This document shows, piece by piece, positions 8,427 through 16,461 of a stretch of DNA of 23,671 bases (its first letter is position 1; each line of letters starts with the position of its first letter). Under the pieces are notes generated by a model that worked only from the letters and a program-made list of their open reading frames with translations, made no database searches and was not told where the DNA came from. The stretch comes from Candidatus Fervidifonticultor sextus. Its GTDB lineage: Bacteria > Sysuimicrobiota > Sysuimicrobiia > Sysuimicrobiales > Humicultoraceae. Location of the stretch: the NCBI GenBank assembly GCA_031459875.1, contig JAVKHQ010000036.1:1-23671 (forward strand). The letters run 5' to 3'. The translations under genes were made by a program, and so were the position numbers.

Positions 8427-9829
8427 CAACGGTGGGTCACCGCGGCGCGGTACTGCCGTGCGGCCTCGGAGAACGGCACCGGCGCCACCGTCGCCCGGAT
8501 CTCGGTCTGCACGTGGGGCTCCACGCTGGGCTTGCGCGACCCTCCGCCCTCCTCCCCCCACACGACGACCACCGGGGTCCCGGGCTGGCTGTACTCCTCG
8601 CGCACAATCGCCAGGGACACCATCGCCGCGTCGTTCCAGCTGTAGCCGGGCCACATGGAGATGCCCACCAGGTCGCCCTGCCGGTTCAGGATCTTGTCGT
8701 ACATCCACGTGGCGTACTGCGCCACCGGCAGGTCGATGTACTTGGCCTGTTGCCCCCTGGGCCGGGTGAAGAACGTGGCGAAGACCCGGGCCACGTCGTC
8801 AGCGTCCCACACCAGGGTGACGCGACGGCGGTGCGCCTCCCCAGCCCGGGCCTCCAGCGCCTGGCGCCCGACAAAGTCGTGGTCGAATTTCAGGATGTGC
8901 CCGTAGCCGAGTTCCCAAGGCGTCAGGTAGTAGTCTTCCACGGTGCGCGAGTAGAAGCTTCCGCCCAGGGATCCCACGGCCTCGTAGCCGTTGGCCGGAA
9001 GCCACTCGCGGTAGGGCCGCAACGCGGGACCGGTGTAAATCGCGGGCAACGGGCAGGGGATCCACCCCGAGTCCAGCGCGTTGCTCGGGTACGCCCGGGA
9101 GCCCACCTGGCGCAGCCCGAACTCCTTCCCGGCCTCCACGATGGCCGCTTTCACCGCGGGCCCCTCCTCGAACGGGCCGAAGAGTTCCGCCCCCGCCACG
9201 CCCGCCATCCCGTGGTGCAGCATCCGGACCCGGCGCCCGGCGATGGTGATCCAGCCCATGTGGAAGAACTTCACGTCGGGCACGGGTCCGCCGGCGAGCT
9301 TCGCCAGCAGGGCCGGGGCATTGGGACCCTGCACCTGGTACCGGTAGACCTTCCGCGGACGGTAGGGGTCGGCAATCGACCACTGGTCCCACTCCAGCTC
9401 CACGTCGTACCCACCCGTCCGGGCGTGGTAGGCGACCCAGTTGTGGGCGGACGGCCTGCCCACCAGCTGGAACGCGTCCCTTTCCAGGTAGAAGAGGATG
9501 CCGTCCCCGATGACGTGGCCGTCCGGACCGCACACCACCAGCTGCTTGGCCCGGCCGGGTTCGAACCCTCTGAAGCTGTTGATGGCCAGGCCTGACAGCA
9601 GCCGGAATGCGTCCGGGCCCCGCACGTACAGGTCCGTCATGTGGTACGAGAGGTCGTATAGGCACACGCTCTCCCGCCACGACCGCTGTTCGTCGCGCCA
9701 GTTGGTGAACTCCGGGGGGACCACGGGGTAGATGCGGGTCCCCGTGCGGTTGTTGAACAGGTACTCGGTGATGCTGGACACCGAGTTCAGGACGTCCTGC
9801 AGCGTCCGCGGTGCCTCACCCTGGGTCAT
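8426..9829 (-). CDS. THF-dependent aryl O-demethylase, LigM/DesA family (GcvT-like aminomethyltransferase fold)
   Basis: YPVVPPEFTNWRDEQ, SYHM, HVIGDGILF, HGMAG, VGSRAYPSN, SGWIP, KFDHDF and VEPH are characteristic of vanillate/3-O-methylgallate/syringate demethylases. RBS gaggaggag. Confidence 0.92.
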   Translation of the reverse strand: MTQGEAPRTLQDVLNSVSSITEYLFNNRTGTRIYPVVPPEFTNWRDEQRSWRESVCLYDLSYHMTDLYVRGPDAFRLLSGLAINSFRGFEPGRAKQLVVCGPDGHVIGDGILFYLERDAFQLVGRPSAHNWVAYHARTGGYDVELEWDQWSIADPYRPRKVYRYQVQGPNAPALLAKLAGGPVPDVKFFHMGWITIAGRRVRMLHHGMAGVAGAELFGPFEEGPAVKAAIVEAGKEFGLRQVGSRAYPSNALDSGWIPCPLPAIYTGPALRPYREWLPANGYEAVGSLGGSFYSRTVEDYYLTPWELGYGHILKFDHDFVGRQALEARAGEAHRRRVTLVWDADDVARVFATFFTRPRGQQAKYIDLPVAQYATWMYDKILNRQGDLVGISMWPGYSWNDAAMVSLAIVREEYSQPGTPVVVVWGEEGGGSRKPSVEPHVQTEIRATVAPVPFSEAARQYRAAVTHR

Positions 9830-9872
9830 GGTGATCCTCTCCTCCTCGCGCAGGATCGAATCCTCGCGTTCC

Positions 9873-10889
9873 TCACGGCGGTGTGGCCGCCCCCTCCGAC
9901 CGGCCGTGCACGGGCGTGGCCTCCGCGGGAGGCGTGCCGTAAGTATGGAACGTGGCCACGGTCGGCAGCCCCCACGCCTGTCCCCTCTTGCGCTCCGCCT
10001 CGGTCCACACCACGACTCTCCAGTCGGGGGCGAGGAGGAGGCGGGCGCCCGGACAGGCCACCTCGAACCGGTTGCCGCCCGGTTCGTAGACGTAGAGGAA
10101 GAATGTCTGCTGGATGGCATGCTTGTGGGGTCCTGTCTCGATTCGGACGCCGTGCTCCAGGCAGATGTCGGCAGCCCGCAGCACCTCCTCACGGCTGTCC
10201 ACGGCGAACGTGACGTGGTGGAAGCGGCCACGGCTCCCCGTGCCGTCTTCCGTGATGGCGAGGTCGTAGCTCTTGTTGCAGACCGTCAGCCAGGCGCCCT
10301 TCTCCGAGCCGTCGTCGAAGACGAGGATTTCGCTGAGGCGGAATCCCAGCACCTCCTGGAAGAAGCGCCGGTTGGCGCGGACGTCGGCGGCGAAGAAGTT
10401 GACGTGGTCCAGGCGCCGCAGGTTGGCCCCGCGGGCCGGAAACCGGGACGCCTGGTTCTTCAGGGCGGGACGCGCCTGCGGGGTCGGCCGGTACCACTCC
10501 ACCTCGTAGAGCAGCTCCAGCGCGTGCCCGTCGGGGTCACGGAACCGGTACGCCGGCCCGTGGCCCAGATCGCCATCCACCCACCCGAGACCGCGGCCGG
10601 ACCGCTCGATGCGCTCCACCCGCCGCGCCAGGGCCTGCGGGTCCATCGCGCGGAACGCGCAGTGCCCCATGCCGGGCACCGGGGAGGCGGTCACCTTCAG
10701 GGTGTGGTGCGCGTAGTCGTCCCAGCCGCGGAGGTAGATGGACTCGCCCCGACGGCCGCTCTCAACCAGGCCCATCACCTCGGTGAAGAACCGGACGGTC
10801 TCCTCGGGTGCGGGCGTGAGCAGTTCGACGTGGCTCAGGTGCGCCACGTCGAAGCTCAGGGGGCCTTCCGAGAACCGGACGTCCTCCAT
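9873..10889 (-). CDS. VOC-family extradiol ring-cleavage dioxygenase (catechol 2,3-dioxygenase-like)
   Basis: HLSHVEL, YLRGWDD, DPDGH; metal ligands LDHVN, FHHVT and NRFEV; GPHKHAI, FLYVYEPGGN. Confidence 0.92.
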   Translation of the reverse strand: MEDVRFSEGPLSFDVAHLSHVELLTPAPEETVRFFTEVMGLVESGRRGESIYLRGWDDYAHHTLKVTASPVPGMGHCAFRAMDPQALARRVERIERSGRGLGWVDGDLGHGPAYRFRDPDGHALELLYEVEWYRPTPQARPALKNQASRFPARGANLRRLDHVNFFAADVRANRRFFQEVLGFRLSEILVFDDGSEKGAWLTVCNKSYDLAITEDGTGSRGRFHHVTFAVDSREEVLRAADICLEHGVRIETGPHKHAIQQTFFLYVYEPGGNRFEVACPGARLLLAPDWRVVVWTEAERKRGQAWGLPTVATFHTYGTPPAEATPVHGRSEGAATPP

Positions 10890-10959
10890 GCCCACTCACC
10901 CCCTGTCTCCTAGTGGCCCCCTCCACCTGCTGGGCAGGCCGTGCAGGCGAGCGGCACGG

Positions 10960-11679
10960 TCACAACGCCCTCACCACCTGGGGCAGGAGGCGCTGGAACG
11001 CCTCGGCGTAGCGGATCGCGCGGTCGCCCGCGATGCGGCGGGCATGGTTGGCGCGCCGCACGGCCGTGGCCGTGTAGTAGTCCACCAGGTAGCGCTGCGA
11101 GGCGATGGCCTCCATCGCCTGCTGCTTGAGCGGGTAGACGGGCGTGATGTCGAGGAAGGTGGTGGGCAGGAACCCGCACAGCTCGGACTGGTGGGGCTCG
11201 AACGCCAGCACCTCCGAGGGGCGCACCGTCTCGAAGGCGCTGGCCACGCCGGCTCCCGCCGCCAGCTGCCGGGCACGTTCGGTGACCTGGTGGGCCACGG
11301 GGTGATCGGGGTTGAAGGGGTCGCGCTCAGGATGGGTGAGGATGACGTCAGGTCCCCACGAGCGCACGACCTGGGCGAGTTCCTCGGTGGCCTGCGGGCG
11401 CACCTCCAGCGGGTAGTCGCCCCAGTCCAGGCATCGGAAGGCCGCGCCCAGGATCTCGGCGGCGCGGGCAGCCTCCTCGTGGCGGATCGCCTTCACGCGT
11501 TCGACCGTCTGACCGGGCCGGTCCCACAGCTCCCCGGACTCGCCGCGCTCGCCGTACGACAGGGCGACCACCAGCGCCGCCCCCCCGGCGGCGGTGGTGG
11601 TGGCGATGGCCCCGCCGGCCCTCCAGACGAAATCCGCGGCGTGGGCGCTGATGACCAACAGTCTCCGCTGCGCCTCCAT
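10960..11679 (-). CDS. galB: 4-oxalomesaconate hydratase GalB-like (PIG-L family)
   Basis: SAHAADFVWRAGG, LSYGERGES, GDYP, DPFNPDHP, FEPHQ and FLDIT match the GalB signature. Confidence 0.85.
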   Translation of the reverse strand: MEAQRRLLVISAHAADFVWRAGGAIATTTAAGGAALVVALSYGERGESGELWDRPGQTVERVKAIRHEEAARAAEILGAAFRCLDWGDYPLEVRPQATEELAQVVRSWGPDVILTHPERDPFNPDHPVAHQVTERARQLAAGAGVASAFETVRPSEVLAFEPHQSELCGFLPTTFLDITPVYPLKQQAMEAIASQRYLVDYYTATAVRRANHARRIAGDRAIRYAEAFQRLLPQVVRAL

Positions 11680-11685
11680 GGCCTG

Positions 11686-12372
11686 CTAGGGCACGGCTGC
11701 GGCCGCCGTCCGGCGGGCGACGTGGCGCAGGGCCTCCAGCACCCCGCCCAGGTGCACGCGCATGGCCGCTTCCGCCGCGTCTGGGTCTCTGGAGGCCACG
11801 GCGGTCACAATGGCGCGGTGCTCCTGCAGGGACCGCTCGACCCGGCCTGGCGCCATCACGGTGCGGTACTGGTAGCGGACCATCTGGGTCCGCAACGAGT
11901 CCAGCAGCCGCACCACGGTGGCATGGCCGCTCGCGCGGGCCAGTTCCTGGTGGAACCGACCGTTCCGCTCGGAGTACCCGAGGAGGTCTCCGGTCCGCGC
12001 ACACTCCGTGCTCTCGCGCAGGATTTCCCTGAGGACCTGCACGTCTTCGGCCCGGGCACGCAGGGCGGCGTAGCGCACCGCCACGCACTCCAGCGCGGCC
12101 CGCGCCTCGAGGATCTCCACCGCCTCTCCCTCGGTCAGCAGCCGCACCCGCGCCCCGCGGTTGAGGACCCGCTCCACCACGCCCTCCTGTTCGAGGCGGG
12201 CCAGGGCCGTCCGCACCGCGGCCCGGCCCACGCCGAACATGCGCACGAGTTCCGTCTCCACCAGGCGTTGCCCGGGAACCAACCGCCCCTCCAGGAGGGC
12301 CCGGCGCAGCTCCCGGTAGCAGTGACCCTCTCCTTCTCCTCGCTTCGGACGCCGCATGCGGATCGGGCTCAC
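11686..12372 (-). CDS. GntR-family (FadR/FCD) transcriptional regulator
   Basis: LVPGQRLVETELVRMFGVGRAAVRTALARLEQEG HTH; FCD motifs NGRFH, EHRAI, MRVH. GTG at 12372 overlaps the upstream stop (alternative ATG at 12357). Confidence 0.93.
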   Translation of the reverse strand: MSPIRMRRPKRGEGEGHCYRELRRALLEGRLVPGQRLVETELVRMFGVGRAAVRTALARLEQEGVVERVLNRGARVRLLTEGEAVEILEARAALECVAVRYAALRARAEDVQVLREILRESTECARTGDLLGYSERNGRFHQELARASGHATVVRLLDSLRTQMVRYQYRTVMAPGRVERSLQEHRAIVTAVASRDPDAAEAAMRVHLGGVLEALRHVARRTAAAAVP

Positions 12373-13292
12373 ACCCCCACCTCGCCGCGGGCGATGCGCA
12401 CGGTGTTCCAGACCGCCATGGTGTGGACCTCCTCCTCGGGAACGCCGAGGGCCAGCAGCCGATCCGCCATGAGCGCGAGGCCCTCCTCGATGGGCGGGTT
12501 GTGGGGCTGGCCCAGGTCGCTGGAGAGAAACGAGTGTCGGGCGCCCACGGCGCGGATCACGTCGGCCAGCACGTCCCAGGCAATCTTTCCCGTATGGGCC
12601 GTGGTGAAGCAGCGTTCCAGCATGACGCCGTCGCGTGCCAGCGCCTTCTGGTCCTCCACCGAGAGCCGCTGCGTGGGAAAGTCGGGGTGCGTCACCACCA
12701 TCGTCCGAACCCCTGCCCGCCTGGCCGCCTCCACCACCGCGAAGATCTCGGCGCGGCTCAGATGGCCCGTGGCCAGGACCATCTGGCGCCGGGCCGCCAC
12801 CTGCAGCACGTCCCGGACTTCCGGCAGCACGCATCCGTTGCCGTCCACCACCCGGAAGGCCGCGCCGGCCACCCCCATCGTCCGCAGTTCCTCCTGCAGG
12901 GCGGCCCAGGCCGGCGGGTTCGCTGCGGACGCTCCCGCATGGTGGCGTTCGTTCTCCGCGTCCACGGTGGGCATCCAGACGATCCGCGCCCCCTCCCGGG
13001 CGGCCAGCTCCACCGCCAGAGGGTTCAGCCCTCCGACCGAGGCGTTGAGGCAGATGGATCCCAGCACGTCGACCTCCGGCACGAGCCAGCGGGCCAGGCA
13101 GGCCCGCGCGGCCGTGGAGGCATAGTGCGACTTGATGGCAAACCCTGCAAGCCCCCTCGCCGCGAACCGGCGGGCCACCTCAATGTCGTTCGCCTGCCGC
13201 GGCAGCACGTCGGGGCCGCTGTGCACGTGGAGGTCGTAGCCGCCCCGCACCAGAGCCCGGGCCCGCTGGCTGCTCTCGGCCTGTGCGCTCAT
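12369..13292 (-). CDS. DUF6282-like amidohydrolase-fold metalloenzyme of unknown function
   Basis: DLHVHSGPD, KSH, VWMPT, ATGH, VTHP, SSDLGQ. ATGA overlap with the upstream gene. Confidence 0.78.
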   Translation of the reverse strand: MSAQAESSQRARALVRGGYDLHVHSGPDVLPRQANDIEVARRFAARGLAGFAIKSHYASTAARACLARWLVPEVDVLGSICLNASVGGLNPLAVELAAREGARIVWMPTVDAENERHHAGASAANPPAWAALQEELRTMGVAGAAFRVVDGNGCVLPEVRDVLQVAARRQMVLATGHLSRAEIFAVVEAARRAGVRTMVVTHPDFPTQRLSVEDQKALARDGVMLERCFTTAHTGKIAWDVLADVIRAVGARHSFLSSDLGQPHNPPIEEGLALMADRLLALGVPEEEVHTMAVWNTVRIARGEVGV

Positions 13293-14080
13293 CCCGCCGT
13301 CGCGAGATCGTCCAGCCATTCCACACACGCCCGGGTGACGCGCGGGGGGACGCCGAGCGACTCCAGGAGTTCTGCAGCGCCCCGCATCTCGTCGGCGCGC
13401 CGGGCGGCGTGCGTCCGCGTACCCTCCAGCAGGCGGCGCAGGAGGGCTTCGTCCGCTCCGTGCAGGGTCTGCGCCATGTCCTGGTAGACCTCATCGGCAC
13501 AGCCGAGGGCCTGCGCCGCCCGCAGCGCCTCGACGGCGGAGGCGGCCAGCCCCTTGGTGAACACGCTGCGGACGAGCTTCCGGCCACTCGCCTCACCCAC
13601 CTGCGGGCCGAGCACGCGCACGGGCATGCCGAGCCCCCCCGCCCACGCAGCGAACGCCTCCGCCCCCGGTCCACTGGCCAGCGCGGGGGTGCGCAGCCCA
13701 CGTCCCGGCACCGGCGCCATCAGGGCCACGTCGGCGAACAGCACCCCGGCCGGGTGCAACAGCGACGCCGTGCCCTCCTTCTGCCGGGGGGACGCGCTGG
13801 TGGCGTCGGCATACACCTGGCCGTCGCCGAGGTGGCGCGCCAGCACCTGCGCGACGTCCGCGGCCGCCCGCGGGGTGGTGAGCACCAGGACCACATCCGC
13901 CTCGGCCACGGCCGCCGCAGGGCCCTGGGCGAGGGCGACACCGGGCGGGATCCGCTTGGGCTGGGGGTCCCAGCCGACCGTGCGCACGCCGCGCTGCACG
14001 AGGTCCTCGGCGATGGCGGACCCGGCCTCCCCCAGGCCGAACACCGCCACGGTGGCGCGGGAGGACGACGCGGGCCGCAC
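13289..14080 (-). CDS. NAD(P)-dependent oxidoreductase (beta-hydroxyacid dehydrogenase fold with DUF1932-like C-terminus)
   Basis: GLGEAG Rossmann motif, DVALMAPVP, KLVRSVFTKG, HAARRADEM. GTG at 14080 follows the -10 element after a 6-nt gap. Confidence 0.85.
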   Translation of the reverse strand: MRPASSSRATVAVFGLGEAGSAIAEDLVQRGVRTVGWDPQPKRIPPGVALAQGPAAAVAEADVVLVLTTPRAAADVAQVLARHLGDGQVYADATSASPRQKEGTASLLHPAGVLFADVALMAPVPGRGLRTPALASGPGAEAFAAWAGGLGMPVRVLGPQVGEASGRKLVRSVFTKGLAASAVEALRAAQALGCADEVYQDMAQTLHGADEALLRRLLEGTRTHAARRADEMRGAAELLESLGVPPRVTRACVEWLDDLATAG

Positions 14081-14086
14081 GGCTCC

Positions 14087-14132
14087 ATGGTACCGACGGT
14101 GCGCACCTCTGTCAACTTTATTGTAAACAATC
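14087..14132 (-). promoter_or_regulatory. Sigma70-type promoter and GntR-type operator of the catabolic operon
   Basis: Minus strand GATTGT-tt-ACAAT-aaag-TTGACA (14132->14110), 17-bp spacer, TACCAT (14092->14087). Confidence 0.82.
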
Positions 14133-14169
14133 CTGCCGGACACATCGGGGGCGGGTGGTGCGGGGACCG

Positions 14170-15378
14170 TCAGCGCGTGGTGATGCGAAAGACGGCGCCC
14201 TCGTGGTGCACCACGTAGAGCCCGCCCTCTTCGTCTTCGCCGAAGGAACTGATGCGAAGCCCCGATTCGAGCAGGAGGGTGCTCGTCCACCGGCCCGGGC
14301 CGCTCTCGCGCAGCCCCCAGATCTGGCCGCCGCAGTAGTCCCCGTACACGTACCATCCGATCAGGCCGGGCGACCCCGCGCCGCGGGCGACGTAGCCGCC
14401 GGTGACCGCGCACCCCAGCGAGGTCCGGTACTCCGCGATGGGCCGGATGAGTCCTTCGGTCCGACAACCCGACGGGGGAGCAAAACAGTGACTGCCCTCC
14501 ATGATGCGCCAGCCGTAGTTGCCGCCTCTCCGGAGCACGTTGATCTCCTCCCAGGAGCCCTGGCCCACGTCGGCCAGGAAGAGACGGCCGTCGCACCGGT
14601 CGAAGGAGAAGCGCCACGGATTCCGCAGCCCGTAGGCCCAGATCTCGGGCCGCGCATCCAGCCGGCCTGCGAACGGATTGTCCGGCGGCACGGTGTAGGG
14701 GCGGCCGCCGTCCACGTCGATGCGCAACAGTTTCCCCAGCAGCGACCGTAAATTCTGCGCGTGGTTCCCGGGATCGCCGCCGGAACCGCCGTCACCCATG
14801 GCGATGTAGAGCATGCCGTCGGGGCCGAATTTGTTGAGACCGCCGTTGTGGTTCGGGAAGGGCTGGGGAATCTCCAGCAGGACCTGCTCGGACGGATCGG
14901 CCGCGTCGGGATCGAATCGGAAGACGCGGTACTCGGCGATCACCGTGCGGCCGTCGGGGCGGGCCGTGTAGTTCACGAAGACCCGACCGGTCTGCGCGTA
15001 CCTCGGATGAAATGCCACGCTGAGCAGCCCGCGTTCGCCGCCGGTCAGCACACGGGATCGGATGTCCAGGAAGGGACGCGGGAGCAGGCGGCCGTCGCGA
15101 GCGATGCGAACGGTCCCTCCCTGTTCGACGAGGAAGAGCCGCCCGCTCCGGTCGCCCGCGTGGGTGAGGTAGACGGGGGAGGCGAGTCCCCCGGCGATCT
15201 GCTCCAACCGGATTCGCGGGGGTGTCGGCGCGGCCGGTCGGCACACATCCGGAGGGACGCCTCCGGCCGTCGCGGGACGGGTCGCCGCCATGCCCGGCAG
15301 GGCGAGGACGGTGGCCGCCACGGCGACAGCCTGGCCGATGCGCCGGCGAGGGACGGCCGTGCCCCTCCCGGAGCTCAC
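14170..15378 (-). CDS. PQQ-dependent sugar dehydrogenase (glucose/sorbosone dehydrogenase family), exported
   Basis: GERGLLSVAFHP, NHNGG, FGPDGMLYIAMGDGG, YGLRNPWRFSFD, NYGW, SSFGED, plus an N-terminal signal peptide. Start uncertain. Confidence 0.9.
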   Translation of the reverse strand: MSSGRGTAVPRRRIGQAVAVAATVLALPGMAATRPATAGGVPPDVCRPAAPTPPRIRLEQIAGGLASPVYLTHAGDRSGRLFLVEQGGTVRIARDGRLLPRPFLDIRSRVLTGGERGLLSVAFHPRYAQTGRVFVNYTARPDGRTVIAEYRVFRFDPDAADPSEQVLLEIPQPFPNHNGGLNKFGPDGMLYIAMGDGGSGGDPGNHAQNLRSLLGKLLRIDVDGGRPYTVPPDNPFAGRLDARPEIWAYGLRNPWRFSFDRCDGRLFLADVGQGSWEEINVLRRGGNYGWRIMEGSHCFAPPSGCRTEGLIRPIAEYRTSLGCAVTGGYVARGAGSPGLIGWYVYGDYCGGQIWGLRESGPGRWTSTLLLESGLRISSFGEDEEGGLYVVHHEGAVFRITTR

Positions 15379-16268
15379 GGCAGCCACCCGCCGGCCCGGC
15401 GGCCCCCTGAGAGCAGGAAGGCGACCTCGCGCGCCACCTCCTCGACCGACTTGCCGGTCACGTCGATCTGCCGCCAGCCGTGACTGGCGGCCAGGTGCTG
15501 AGAGTATCGGAGTTCCTCCCGGATGCTCTCCAGGGAGGCATAGGCCTCCGCCGGGATCCCGAAATGGTCGACCCGGACCTTCCGCAATTCGTGCAGCCGG
15601 CTGGGGCTCATGACCAGGCAGAGGACCCGCTCGGGCGGCAGCGCCAGCAACTCCGCGGGAGGGGCGATCCCCGGGACGATGGGCACGTTGGCGGCGAACC
15701 ACCCGCGGTAGGCCAGGTACAGCGTGGTCGGCGTCTTCATCGTTCGGGACACGCCGACGAGGACGACTTCGGCGCGGCCCAGATCGCCGACATTCTGCCC
15801 GTCGTCGTGGCGGAAGGCGAAGTCCACCGCCTCGATCTCCCTCGACCTGGCCTCGACCAACTGCTTGAACAGGCCGGGTTTCTCCCTGGGCGTGAGCTTC
15901 AGGTGGGTGGCGAGGCGGTCCAGCACGGGGCCCATGAGATCCAGCGAGTCGAGTCCGTGGGCACGGCACTCCGCCAGCATCAGGCGGCGCAAGGTGTTCG
16001 ACACCAGGGTGTGCACGATCACCGAGTTGGCGCCGGCGGCCTCCCGGACCACGGCCCGCAGCCTCCTGGCGGTCCGCACGTTTCCCCGCCTGATGACCTC
16101 GGCGGGTGCCCCCTCGAACTGGACGAGGGCGGACCTGACCACGCGCTCCGCGGTCTCGCCGGAGGCATCAGACACGGCGTAGACGACCACGCCTCCGTCC
16201 CTGCGCCCGGTCGCAGGTGCCGGAGCCCGCAGGGAGCGTCTGGAACGCGAAGTCTGAACACGAACCAT
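15375..16268 (-). CDS. ppsR: PEP synthase / pyruvate phosphate dikinase regulatory protein (kinase-pyrophosphorylase, DUF299)
   Basis: VSDASGETAE, HDDG, GVSRTMKTP, ANVP, IDVTGKSVEE. Start could be later (about 16190). Confidence 0.88.
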   Translation of the reverse strand: MVRVQTSRSRRSLRAPAPATGRRDGGVVVYAVSDASGETAERVVRSALVQFEGAPAEVIRRGNVRTARRLRAVVREAAGANSVIVHTLVSNTLRRLMLAECRAHGLDSLDLMGPVLDRLATHLKLTPREKPGLFKQLVEARSREIEAVDFAFRHDDGQNVGDLGRAEVVLVGVSRTMKTPTTLYLAYRGWFAANVPIVPGIAPPAELLALPPERVLCLVMSPSRLHELRKVRVDHFGIPAEAYASLESIREELRYSQHLAASHGWRQIDVTGKSVEEVAREVAFLLSGGRRAGGWLP

Positions 16269-16284
16269 GCATCCCTCGTCAAGA

Positions 16285-16315
16285 CGGAGAATCCGGCCGA
16301 AGCGACCGGATCTTC
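16285..16315 (-). terminator. Strong hairpin between LOG and ppsR (possible terminator or attenuator)
   Basis: Minus strand GGAAGATCCGGTCG-CTT-CGGCCGGATTCTCC, followed only by a weak U tract (gtcttg). Confidence 0.4.
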
Positions 16316-16461
16316 CGCGTTGTTCTCTTCCCTATGGACAACTCCTGCACTTGTCCATGAGGACCGAGGGCGCTCCGGCCCTGGCGAGGCCTCCGGCCGG
16401 GCTCCGCACCGGGCTGCGGTGGCCGGCGGCGTCCGCTGAGCCGCCCCCGCGCGGGCTCCCT

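Noticed and set aside
10738..13125. 795-aa plus-strand ORF and other long antisense or alternate-frame ORFs (e.g. 2035-3585, 2099-3511, 5731-7047, 19888-21066, 22412-23629)
   Set aside because: These are shadow ORFs of high-GC genes, Arg/Pro/Gly-rich, without motifs, and overlapping well-supported CDSs.
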